From the NCBI GenBank assembly GCA_964016885.1, contig OZ024754.1, positions 42,160,001 to 42,224,000 on the forward strand: a DNA stretch of 64,000 bases, given 5' to 3'. The notes under the pieces are model-generated. The model was not told the DNA's origin, made no database searches, and was given only the letters and a program-made list of their open reading frames with translations. A program made the position numbers and the translations under genes. This document shows positions 1 through 12,421 of this stretch, one piece after another. Position 1 is the first letter of the stretch. Every line of letters begins with the position of its first letter. This DNA is from Eledone cirrhosa (lineage: Eukaryota).

Positions 1-314
1 CATATCACCAGCACTACCACTTCAAGTTTATATTTGATATCTTTTTTAATAAATGGCCCAAGTTCCTTACTCTTTATGGTTTTATATATATATATCATCA
101 TCATCATCATCATCGTTTAACATGCATCTTCCATGCTAGCATGGGTTACATCTCATAGGAGGTTTCACGTGAATTTTAATGAGAGGGACCCCAAACTTAT
201 CGTGAAATGACTCCCGTTTGGACCAGATAACACAAAAGTTTCAAATGTTTATATTTATCTAAAAACCTTTTGTCGTAAATTTTATACAAGTCCCTTTAAG
301 TTACGTTTCAAAAA

Positions 315-520
315 GGTTTTGGAGTGGAGTGGAGCTGGGATATACCAACTAACCAAGGTTATGGAGTGGAGTGAAGCTGGGATATACCAACTAACCAAGG
401 TTATGGAGTGGAGTGGAGCTGGGATATACCAACTAACCAAGGTTATGGAGTGGAGTGAAGCTGGGATATACCAACTAACCAAGGTTATGGAGTGGAGTGG
501 AGTGGAGCTGGGATATACTG
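315..520. repeat. 42-bp minisatellite, about 4.5 copies, alternating variants
   Basis: Unit ggttatggagtggagtg(g/a)agctgggatataccaactaaccaa. Confidence 0.9.
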
Positions 521-737
521 ACTAGCATCCTAACCACTAGGTTACGCACACACACACACGCGCACAGCATCATCATCATGGATGTTAAAACAATGATGGT
601 GATATATTTATATATATGTGTGTGTATATATATATATATGTGTATGTCCCTTGTGATATCTATAATTGAGTATTTGACATGTATACATGTGTGTGCGTGT
701 ATACGTGTGTCTATATATATATGTGTTTACTTATATA

Positions 738-768
<31 letters not shown>

Positions 769-1433
769 GTGTGTGTAAATATATATATATATGTGTGTGT
801 ATATGTATGTCCCTTGTAATATCTATGACTCTGTTGTCACTTGACATCTATATGTGTATACGTGTGTGTGTGTGTGTGTATGTATGTATATATATATATA
901 TGTATATGTGTGTGTGTATATGTATGAGGTTAATATTGATGCAGTCATTAAGGATGTTAAACTGCGCAACTGGTCACAACACTTGACCTGAAAAGTGTTT
1001 AATTCTTTCGATAGGTTTATTGAAACATAGAACTGAAAGATTTACTGATTTACTGAAGGCAATTAAAGTGTTAGCGTTTGTCTATAATCAGAGTAGATTA
1101 AGAGAAGGATTACTGTTGATATTCCTACTAAAACTGGTTTAAATGTTTAAATTACAAAGATGAGGGAATATACCGTGTGTGTTTGGTGGGATATACCATG
1201 TGTGTTTGTGACGGATATACCATGTGTGTTTGTGACGGATATACCATATGTGTTTATGTGGATATACCATATATATTTATGTATATGAGAAAGTTGAGGG
1301 AATATATATCAATCGACAAGATCTCAGACCTCATTCACTTAACGAGTGGGGTGGAGCTCTTCAAATCAGACCGAGGAGACAATGTTTCCATTGGTCTTGC
1401 CAATTACTAATACTATCTGTTAGTCGCAGAAAG

Positions 1434-1893
1434 TGGGTATATACCATATATATTTGTGTATGAGAAAGAGGGTATATACCATATATATTTGTGTACGAGA
1501 AAGAGGGTATATACCATATATATTTGTGTATGAGAAAGAGGGTATATACCATATATATTTGTGTATGAGAAAGAAGGTATATACCATATATATTTGTGTA
1601 CGAGAAAGAGGGTATATACCATATATATTTGTGTACGAGAAAGAGGGTGTATACCATATATATTTGTGTATGAGAAAGAGGTATATACCATATATATTTG
1701 TGTACGAGAAAGAGGGTATATACCATATATATTTGTGTACGAGAAAGAGGGTGTATACCATATATATTTGTGTATGAGAAAGAGGGTATATACCATATAT
1801 ATTTGTGTATGAGAAAGAGGGTATATACCATATATATTTGTGTATGAGAAAGAGGGTATATACCATATATATTTGTGTATGAGAAAGAGGTAT
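1434..1893. repeat. 35-bp minisatellite, about 13 copies
   Basis: Unit ggtatataccatatatatttgtgta(t/c)gagaaagag. Related degenerate copies at 1165-1295. Confidence 0.92.
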
Positions 1894-2104
1894 AGAAGAA
1901 GAATTAACCCGAAGTCTTTTGTCAATCTCGAATGGATGAAAGGCAAAGTTGACCATGGCAGGATTTGAACTGAGAACACGGTGAGCTGGAACAAATATTG
2001 CAAAACTTCTGACATTCTAAAATGATTATTTTTAATTGTTTAATTTTGTTTGTCTATACATATTTGCTTCCACGAGAACAAGCTGAAGCATATAGACAAT
2101 ATGC

Positions 2105-2344
2105 CCCATTCCCTCCCACTGTAAAGTGGTTGTGTAGGCACCACGGAAAAAAAAGCACCCACCACTCACTGTAAAAAAAAAAATGAGGTTGGTGTTAGGA
2201 AGGACATCCAGCTGTAGAAATCAAGCCAGAATCAGTTCCCGTATGAGCAAGACAAGGTCACCCGACCTAACATTGCCCACGACAGGACAACCCGTCTAAC
2301 CCATGCTAGAGTGGAAGAATGGACGTAAAACGGTGATGATGATA
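2105..2344 (+). mobile_element. 5'-truncated Meta-domain SINE with (GAT)n tail
   Basis: ggttggtgttaggaaggacatccagctgtagaaa core and ccatgctag...ggacgtaaaacggtgatgat end. Further copies near 5395-5678(+), 9240-9420(-), 28510-28830(-), 43785-43995(-), 58575-58672(-) and 60170-60393(+). Confidence 0.75.
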
Positions 2345-2560
2345 TTTTACAGTCTACACTGTAGAAATGTTAGTGATGGTGCCACAAGAAAACAAACCCA
2401 GTACTTTATCTTGAATTTTGGCATTAGGAAGGACATCCAGCTGCAGAAATGATTCCATAATGGCCTCACAGGAGCAAGTCAGTCATCTGACCTGCCTGCT
2501 GAAGTCTTAGAGCACGACAACCTGTCTGACTCATGCAAGCATGGAAAATAGACATAAAAC

Positions 2561-3130
2561 AGTGGTGGTGGTGGTGGTGATGGTAGTGTGATAATGGTGG
2601 TGATGGCGATGGTGGTGTGATAATGGTGGTGGTGAGGGTGAGGGTGATGGTAGTGTGATAATGGTGGTGATGGCGATGGTGGTGTGATAATGGTGGTGGT
2701 GGTGAGGGTGATGGTAGTGTGATAATGGAGGTGATGGCGATGGTGGTGTGATAATGGTGGTGGTGGTGAGGGTGATGGTAGTGTGATAATGGTGGTGATG
2801 GCGATGGTGGTGTGATAATGGTGGTGGTGGTGAGGGTGATGGTAGTGTGATAATGGTGGTGATGGCGATGGTGGTGTGATAATGGTGGTGGTGGTGAGGG
2901 TGATGGTAGTGTGATAATGGTGGTGATGGCGATGGTGGTGTGATAATGGTGGTGGTGGTGAGGGTGATGGTAGTGTGATAATGGTGGTGGTGGTGAGGGT
3001 GATGGTAGTGTGATAATGGTGGTGGTGGTGAGGGTGATGGTAGTGTGATAATGGTGGTGATGGCGATGGTGGTGGTGAGGATGATGGTGGTGGGGGTGGG
3101 GGTGCTGCTGCTGAGGGTGGTGGTGCTGCT
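2561..3130. repeat. (GGT)n-derived higher-order tandem repeat
   Basis: Recurring atggtagtgtgataatggtggtgatggcgatggtggtgtgataatggtggtggtggtgagggtg. Confidence 0.9.
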
Positions 3131-3526
3131 GCTTCACATATACACAAGCAACATATGAACTAGTATGAGTTAGTTAAATGGTGCTGATCAGGAATTGAAA
3201 TTGGGTTACAGTCTCATTTCCTCAAGTAGCTACAACAGTGCATCACTTGCCAATCATGCTACCCTCACACCCCTCCCCTACTCCCTCACACCCCTCCCCT
3301 TCCCTCACTCCCCTCCCCTCACTCCCTCCACTCCCCTCACTCCCTCCACTCCAAGGATGTAGGGCTTTTATTTATTTATTTGTTACTCTCAAATGATTTG
3401 GGGGCTGGTTGTGAATTGTTATAATGTCACAGCAATATATTGTGGGGGTGAGGTGAGGGAGGGGGGAGTAGTGTAAGTGGAGGTAGGGTGAGGGGGCTAG
3501 CATTCTATCAAAGTAAGAGTAGTTAC

Positions 3527-4222
3527 ATCATCATCCTTACCACCACCAGTGTCATCACAATTACCACCACCACCACCATCCCTGTCACCACCACCATCAC
3601 CCCTGCCACCACCACCACCCCTGTCACCACCACCATCACTCCTGTCACCACCACCACCCCTGCCACCACCACCACCATCCCTGTCACCACCACCATCACC
3701 CCTGTCACCACCACCACCCCTGTCATCAACATCATCGCCACTTTTACCTTTGCCTTAGACTGCATCAGTGACATGGATAGGAAAGTTGGTCTTCCATAGA
3801 TGACACTACACGACCACTACACTACACTACACTACACCACACCACTCTACACACTACACCACACCACACTACACACTACACTACGCCACTCTACACACTA
3901 CACTACACCACATCCTACACTACACCACACCACACACTACCACTACACCACACTACGCCACTCTACACACTACACTACACCACACTACACTACACCACAC
4001 CACACCACACACTACACACTACACCACTCTACACACTACACCACTCTACACACTACACACTACACCACACTACACACTACACCACACTACCACTACACCA
4101 CACGCCACTCTACACACTACACTACACCACTCTACACACTACACCACACCACACTACACTACACCACACTACACTACACCACACCACACCACACACTACC
4201 ACTACACCACTCTACTCCACAC
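3527..4222. repeat. (CCA)n-derived repeat followed by a (CACTA/CACCA)n pentamer repeat
   Basis: Low-complexity arrays at 3527-3740 and 3803-4222. Confidence 0.88.
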
Positions 4223-4840
4223 AGTTGTAAGCTTTAGGAATTACATGTGGTCTTTGTTTTAAACACATTGTTTACTGAAGGAGATTTGGCCGCTACATTA
4301 AGTTAGTAAATATTATTTGAATGTGAGATTATCCAGAGGGCATCAGCACTCCTCATCTTCATAAGTAGGATTAGTCAATAATTATAGGTATTTTAGATTT
4401 AGCTCGAATAAGAGGTATTTGCACTCACTGAAATTGTTCCTTATCTATAGGTAGCTCTATCTTTTTAGAGGTTGTTTTATTTAACGTCTTATTTAAGCAT
4501 TTTCAAATTTCAAGCAGCATGTATGGACCCTTTACTCCCGAAGGAGTCAAAGGGAAGCCATATTGTCATACAGCGTTTCTAGGTTATTTTTAAATTCGGC
4601 GGAGCCGATCTCCTCTCCAGGTTGAATATGGCAGATTTCTTCCAGAGAAGGAGGGGAATGAGAGAATGGAAGGGAGAAAAAGAGATAGAGGATTCTTCCT
4701 GCCTAATTATTCCTCTTTTTCTAGGTACTATACTTATTATATATATATATGCAACATGAATAGACATGTTATTTTTCTCTAAAAACTTTTTTCAAATTCC
4801 ACCTTGCCCGTAACTTCAATCTTTCTCATTTCTCATTCTT

Positions 4841-4876
4841 TCTTCTGATGAAGGACTAGCGTCCGAAACTTTAAGA
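4841..4876 (+). ncRNA. Minimal hammerhead-ribozyme-like motif (Penelope-like element type), probably degenerate
   Basis: tctt-CTGATGA-a-GGAC-tagc-GTCC-GAAAC-ttt-aaga. Both core boxes are present, with a 4-bp stem II and a 4-bp stem I (tctt/aaga). Stem III is minimal. Confidence 0.5.
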
Positions 4877-4981
4877 CCCTCTTCCCGCTATTTCAAGTGT
4901 TAACCTAATATATTCCTTCCATATACTGTACCGATTGTGTTGTTATTTCTGTTTACCTTTTACATAAATACATACATACAT

Positions 4982-5021
<40 letters not shown>

Positions 5022-5975
5022 AAATTAATTAATCAATTAAAAGCTATGTAAAAGCTTTATTTATCTAAAAATAATGTCCATAATTTATTTGACAGAACCT
5101 TTCAAGCACCAGCTTGATAATGAGGAAGTTATATCAAGTCTCTCCAAATTCTTGAAATTTTCAAAATTAATTGAAATTCATGAATAGTGTGTTTCATTAG
5201 AAATATGATAATGAAAATATTAATAAATGCAAAATTGTAAATTCACTTCCTGTGGGCCCCTAAATTTATATTCACCCTTGCCAAAAGTTTATTCCACCCC
5301 TAGGGTTTTATACAGACCACTTTCAGAAATCTTTATCTAAACTATTCTATTCCCAATATTTTGTTGATATAAGCTGATATGATCCAATGTAAACCCCACC
5401 CGCACACCTCTACCCCATCCTCTGTCTCCCGTTGTCCACTGTGTCGATGACAACAGTCTACACTGAAAGGTGGCCTTGTAGGAGACACGGTAAAAAGGCT
5501 CCCAGTCCACACTGTAAATGTGGTTGGTGTTCGGAAGGGCATCCATCGGTAAAAAAACCTGCCAGAGACACTTCCGTGTGAGCAAGGCATGGTCTCCCGA
5601 CCATTCCTGCATTAAATGGAACAAAACGATCTAATCCATGCTAGCATGGAAGATGGACGTTAAACGATGATGATGATGAAGCTGACATTTCTGGTTTCCA
5701 TGTAGGGTAACCAGAAATGTTAACCTATTTTCTTTAAAATCTCTATAGATCATGTGTATTGGTTTATTTAGATATTGCTGCCTAATATTTCAAGATATTG
5801 GATTTTTATTGATCCCTGCATGGAAACCATAAATATTAGTTTCTATCAACGAAATATTGGGAATAGATCAGTTTATATTTAGTGGGCCTAATATGATTGA
5901 AATTTTTGATGTTCTGACTTAAGTCACATCAAATACCCAATTTCTACATAATGTTCTGTCTGAGGTATGTATGCA

Positions 5976-6025
<50 letters not shown>

Positions 6026-6912
6026 TTGTTATATTTGGGGAGGGTCATATTGTTATATTGCTAGAAATAATAATAAACACACTCACTGTTTGGTTTGGGT
6101 TGGTTTTCGCTTCCATATATTTTATATCCCTATAGTTAATTTAGTTGGCAATCAATGTTTATCATTGATTGGCCAACAATTAAAAATATATATATAAATA
6201 TATATATGTATAGTCTATCAAAGTTCTTTTATCACACACCTGTGACATCATCAGTGGTACTATTCTGTTTCCTATATATATATATATATATTGGTTTACA
6301 AAGCTAGCTGAAAAGAATCTATGCAGCACCTATATGTATAGAGAGATGCTGTGCTGAAAAGGACTCGTTCAACTCATGCAAGCGTTAAAAAGACATAAAA
6401 ACAATGATGATGATGATCATAATATGGTGGTCATTGACTTAAATCTGAGCCATATTACTTTCTTATCACAGTCATTAACTACAACTTTATCTTGAATTTT
6501 TTTTATGGTGGACATGGCATGGCATTTTAAGAGACCACAGCAGGGTGTGGGAGTCTTTTCGTAATAGGATTGGGGACCCTATCATGAATGATAGCATCTC
6601 ACACCTATGTAGGTTTAGCTGGACTCTTATGAGGTTTCTTGGGAGTTCTAATGGTATATATCCCAGTGTTGTTACAGCTCACACCTATGTAGCTTTAGCT
6701 AGCCTTCTTTGAAGGTTGCATCTCATAGGTTTTTCAGCTGTTTTAATGATAGGGGTCCCAATCCTTTCATGAAAGAACTCTTCCCAAAGACTAGACACCA
6801 GTACATTACAGGAGTTAAATCACAGCTGCTGCTGGTATTCATTTCTTTCCAGCAGAGTGGACTGGAGCAATGTGAGGTTTGAACAGAAAGAGGTGAGAGA
6901 ATTCTGGTCAGT

Positions 6913-7283
6913 TTAACCCTTTAGCATTTAAACCGACTGTATCCGGCTAGAATTCTCTCACCTTTTTCTGTTCAAACCGGCTGTAACCACCTGCTTATAC
7001 TTACGTTAAGGTATTGTTCTCAAAATAAATAATATCAAAATCTCATAGATTCAATATCATGAGATAGTTATAATAGTGAAATTGTGTACAGTGCTCAGGT
7101 GCACTACAACTCATCAAAGGTGCATGCATTGTTTCGTTTCACCAAGTGCGACAATCGGCTGCACATTAAGACGTTCTACCGATTAAGCCATAAATAATAA
7201 TAATAGTGAAATTATGTGAGATAAAGCCTTTGCTGTGAAAATATAATAGTATATATAGAGTAATGTAAATGCTAAAGAGTTAA
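6913..7283. mobile_element. piggyBac-like MITE (reverse orientation) with a nested short insertion
   Basis: TTAA-CCCTTTAGCATT...AATGCTAAAGAG-TTAA. An internal insert of about 115 bp lies between direct repeats of ataatagtgaaatt (near 7070 and 7200). Confidence 0.75.
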
Positions 7284-7309
7284 AACATCTGAGAAACCTC
7301 CAATGAGAT

Positions 7310-7426
7310 ACAAAATGGTAGAAGGTTAGCTATCCCTGCAGAGGTATGACAAAATGGTAGAAGGTTAGCTATCCCTGCAGAGGTATGACAAAATGGTAGA
7401 AGGTTAGCTATCCCTGCAGAGGTATG
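7310..7426. repeat. 39-bp tandem repeat, 3 copies
   Basis: acaaaatggtagaaggttagctatccctgcagaggtatg x3. Confidence 0.9.
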
Positions 7427-7540
7427 AGCTGTAACTTTCATACTTTTTTCATTTTTTATCTCAACTGAGGCAGATGAAATATTTGCACCAGTCTGTATTG
7501 AATTGAAGTTTTAACCCTTTTGTTACCATATTTCTAAATA

Positions 7541-7750
7541 ATTGTTTCTACTTTTTGGCACAAGGCCTGCAATTTGAAGGGAAAGAGAAAGTTGATTAAA
7601 TCGACCCCAGTGCATTACTGATATTCTATTTTATCGATCCCGTAAGGATGAAAAGCAAAGCTAATTTCTGTGAAATTTGAACTCAGACTGTAAAGGGACG
7701 TAACTATATGCCACAAAATGTTGTCTGATGCTCTACCGATCCTGCCAATC
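7541..7750 (-). mobile_element. tRNA-derived Nin-domain SINE
   Basis: Reverse complement shows an A-box (tggcaggatcggtag), a B-box (gagttcaaat) and the Nin-like gcttttcatccttacgggatcgataaaatagaatatcag. Other minus copies near 25325-25500, 25541-25720, 39025-39217, 39805-39985, 39995-40185 and 51998-52146. Confidence 0.75.
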
Positions 7751-10096
7751 TTCCTCATTATTTCTAAATAATGTAGACTTGTAAACAAAGAAACATGTAG
7801 AAAGTAGGCAGAAAACATGTGGTAAGGAGATATGTAAACATGTTGCATGGAGTATAAAGACATATAAACAAAGCAACATGTAGTATTTATTTGTTTAATC
7901 AATTTAAAAGCCTGTTTAGAGTTACTAAACCAAGACAGACGAGGGGAAGTATCAAGTACTCTTTTACAGCTGAGAAACAAAAAATAAGGTATACCTTTGA
8001 ATAAGTGAATATAAAAATAAATAAAACACACACAAAAAAAATTAAATTGTAAACAAAGCAACATGTAGCAAGTAGGCAAATAAACAGAGCAACGTGTAGT
8101 AAGTTGACAGAAAACATGTGGTAAGGAGTTTTGTAAACCTGTAACAAGTAGACATGTCAACAAAGAAACATGTAGTAGAGACACAAAAAGCAACATGTAG
8201 CAAGTAGACAGAAAACATGTTACAGGTTTACAAGACTCCTTAACAAGTAGACATGTCAACAAAGCAACATGTAGTATAGAGACATATAAATTTTAAAAAA
8301 ACATGTAGCTTATAAGCATATAAACAAAGTAACATGTAGTAAGTCTAATGAAATAAAAATAAAAAAACGATTAATAAATCATCGAACAACAAAATAAATA
8401 TAGATGTAATGATCAATAATTTGATATGATATTGGAAATAGATTGTTTGAAATATAGTAAATCTATATATAATGATTGGAGAACTGTGAGACTGTGTCCT
8501 TTTTTTTTTAACCATGTTATTAAGATAAGTTGGATTACTTTGAATAAATCATGAATGAATATTATGTCATTTATCTACAGAACTTCGTAGCTCTTGATTA
8601 AGCATAATCTTATCTATAATGTATTGCTTATTTCAAGATTTACTTCTGTTAAAAGTTTCAAATGTCTACTTCCATTATATTGTGTTGATATCATAATATT
8701 TTGCTGTAAAGTCAGCTTCGTTAACAGACCCGGGATGTTGTATGTATAATAATGAAAATTATTGTGTAATGGGTCTGTATTTTGGTTTGGGTTCTACGTC
8801 TGGATGCCCTTCCTAACACCATATATATGTATCATCATCATCATTGTTTGACATCTGCTTTCCTTGCTAGCAATGGTTGTAAGGGTTGTTAACAGACCGC
8901 GCCAGTACTCAAGTGAAGCTACAGACTCCTTCGATAAGCTAGGGACCTGCATCTGGCTTATATACATACATACAATACTTTATCAAGTGCTTAAACAGGT
9001 TAGCGGTCTGCAACTTGCATATATATGATCTCATGCTCAACTAAGTACCTTTCATTATGACACCAGTACAAGGGAGGGTGTTATATCTTTAACACAACCA
9101 AAGAATCCTCTATGTCAAAGACATGACAACCTCCTTTAGTACTATGTACACACAAACTCACACATATTACAGTTTCCAGCAAATTTCACTCACATTGGTC
9201 ACCCTGAGGAGGCTATAGTAGAAACTATTTGCCTAAGTTCATTTTTCTATGTTAGCTTGGGCTGGATGGGTTGGTCTCTGTCTCTTCCTAGACAGGCCAG
9301 GAAATCAAGTTCCTCTTAAATGCATTCCTTTTTTGGCATGGTTTTTACAGGTGGATGCCCTTCCTAACACCAACCACTTTACAGTGTGTCCTGGGTGCAT
9401 TTTATCATACCACCAGCACTAGTGAGGTTCTTATGCCCTTTCACTGTCATAAATGAGGAGTTCTTGCTACCATTTTCGACATCGTTTCTACTGCTGGATG
9501 TCCTTCATAACACCAACCACTTTATAGAATGTATTAGGGGCACTAAAGCTTGTCAGGTTCTTGATGTGATTAAATTGTGCTCTGTACCTCTGTCTAGTAA
9601 CTATTAGAATGTCGACTTCATGTAGTATACCAAATGAATACCTTTCATAGCAGTACCAACACTATAAAAGTCATATTCCATGGCAAGTCTAAAGAACAGA
9701 CATATTACATATATTTAACAGTACAGTTATTTAGAATTGGATGATGTTGAATTCTTAGAAATCCTATATAATTCTTAGCTTGGAGATAAGAAGGTAAAAT
9801 TGCTAATTATAATAGTTAATTATTATTTCTAAGTTTAGTTATATTGAAAGTGTTTCTATAGAATCCATTAAAATTTGGTAGAAATATTTAAAATGTTATA
9901 TTTCTCTAAATACTAATTAAAATAAAAAAATATTTCAATCTGAAAGTATTTCTCCTCCAATATGTGAATGGTTGGTAATGTTTATTGAAGGAGGTTTATC
10001 TGTGTCTTTGTTATTTGTTAGTAAAAAATATATTAATAGCTTCAAATTAAACAAATCTTATTCTTAGTGAAAGATGTCGTTATTTTGATTTTAGAG

Positions 10097-10535
10097 ATGC
10101 AATGTAGAAATAATTCAGCTTTGTACTTACCTTATCAAGTCCTAGGGACGCCTTCTTATATATAGTTATGCAATGTAGAAATAATTTAGCTTTGTTTTAG
10201 GTACTTTGTACTTACCTTATTGAGTCCTAGGACCCCTTCTTATATATAGTTATGCAATGTAGAAATAATTCAGCTTTGTTTTAGGTACTTTGTACTTACC
10301 TTGTTTAGTCCTAAGGACGCCATTATCACATATGGTTATGCAATGTAGAAATGATGCAGCTTTGTTTTAGGTATTTGTATTTTTCTTATTGAGTCTTTAA
10401 CTCTTGATGGAGTCCTAGGGACGCCATTATCACATACAGTAAAGCAATGATGTACAAATCATTCAGGTTTGTTTTAGATACGTTGTACTTTAATTTCTTG
10501 AGTCCTTAACTCCTGAGGGAGTCCTAGGGGTTCCA
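10097..10535. repeat. Degenerate tandem repeat of about 70-100 bp, 5 copies
   Basis: Recurring atgcaatgtagaaataattcagctttg...tacttacctt...gtcctagggacgcc. Confidence 0.8.
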
Positions 10536-11144
10536 TTATGTTATATGGTGTTTCTTAAGAATTTAAATCTGGTGGAGCCTTTGCCCTTCCAGGTTTGACC
10601 ACAGCTGATTTCTCTGAGAGAGAGGAGGTACGCAATCTCAGTAACAAAGTCTAAAGACTGTCTCAAGCCCGCTCTCTCATCAGGCTGGTTATCATGGTGT
10701 TAAGTGACTGAGAATACAAGACCTTCCCCTAGACAGGATACCAGTCCATCACAGGGTTAGCTCCCAGCTACTGCTGGTATTCATTTTCAGCTGAGTATAC
10801 TGGAGCAATGTTAAATGAAATGTTTTGCTCAAGAACACACCACACACCTGTACCTATGAACCACACAACCACCTATCAATTATTTAATTAGAACCATACT
10901 TGTACCTATGATTTTTATCTCAATCTGTTTTGTTTTTCTCTTCCTTAACATGTTCATATTCGGTTAGGTTACACTATGTTTCGCATCCTATTTCATCTTT
11001 ATCTCGTTAAATAATTATCAAAATACTAATAATTTCATTTAGATCACCTATTTATCAATTTGGTCTCACCTTTGAAAAATGCAATTTACACCTCACACCT
11101 ATGTAGGATTAGCTAACATCTGACTAAGTAAGTTTCTCAGGTGT

Positions 11145-11360
11145 TTAACCCTTTACCATTTACATTACTCTATATTTACTATTGTATTTTCATGGTAAAG
11201 GCTTTATATCACATAATATTGAATCTACGAGATTTGGATGTTATTTATTTTGAGAACAATACCTTAACATAAGTACGAGCAGCTGGTTATGGCCAGTTTG
11301 AAGAGAAAAAGGTAAAAGAATTCTGGTCAGATATGGCTGGTTTAAATGCTAAAGGGTTAA
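11145..11360. mobile_element. piggyBac-like MITE
   Basis: TTAA TSD on both sides, terminal inverted repeats (TIRs) CCCTTTAcCATT / AATGCTAAAGGG. Confidence 0.82.
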
Positions 11361-12421
11361 ACACTTTCCCTGGCATGAAGCAACAGAGTACAATACTCAT
11401 GCCCCTGGACAGGACACCAGTCTATCGCAGGGTTAAATCCCCAGCTATTGTTGGTAACTATATTTCTAATGATATATACTTTATTTCAATTAATTAATGA
11501 AGAACTTTGATAGATTTACTAAAATTATTGTAGATTTCATTACAAAGATAGTAACTTAACAGGGTTCTTAGAAAATTATGTTGGACGATATTTATCTAAA
11601 TAGGTGTAATAAATGCTCGACCCCTAACCCACAAAAGAAAAAAAAAAATCGATGTGAAAGATATGGGGTGGGCTACATTTTTTATGGTTCTAGGTTCTGT
11701 TAGAACTTTTACTAACTTTTACTAAATACATACTTTCATGATATTTGACTTTTATTTTTTTCTTCCTTTCTTTTATATTTTATTGGTTTTATAATCATAA
11801 TTATGTTGCTCTCTTTCTCCTGTGATATTTTAATATTTATTATAAGTATTGAGACAGACAGACAGACTCAGTGAGAGAGAGATGTTTAAAACAGTTTTTT
11901 ATTAGTTACCTGAACGTGTAATAACTAACCAGAAGTTCAAAGCTAATCATATATGGTGTGTTATGTCTCTTATCATAGTATAACACTCTACTTTATTGTT
12001 ATTATTATTAGTCTGTCTAGCTAACAGCAAGTTCCATTGCTAATTCACATCTGAATGTTTCAATGGTAGGATGGGTGTCCAACCATTGAAACATTTTCTC
12101 CAACCATTTGTAAAATGTTTGAATTTACCAAACCTATCCCACCTTTATCATGGAAAATTTGATGTAAAACAGCGAAGTGTAGTGAAGGTGAAATATTAGT
12201 GGTTTATATATATATATTGTGTGTGTGTGTATATATATGTGTGTGTGTGTAACATATTTGTATGCTAGCATGGAAGATGGACGTTAAACGATGATGATAT
12301 ATATATATGTAACATGTGTGTGTGTGTATATATATATATATCCAAAATGGCTGACTGAATACAGCCGTGTTTTTTCAAAACATTTTTTTTCTGTTCCTTC
12401 CTCTTTCACTCTCTTATCTTT

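Noticed and set aside
924-934. ATGAG|GT as a possible Ena exon 1 (also near 2183 and 6629)
   Set aside because: The donors are weak and sit in microsatellite or repeat sequence with no promoter-like context. Exon 1 cannot be placed.
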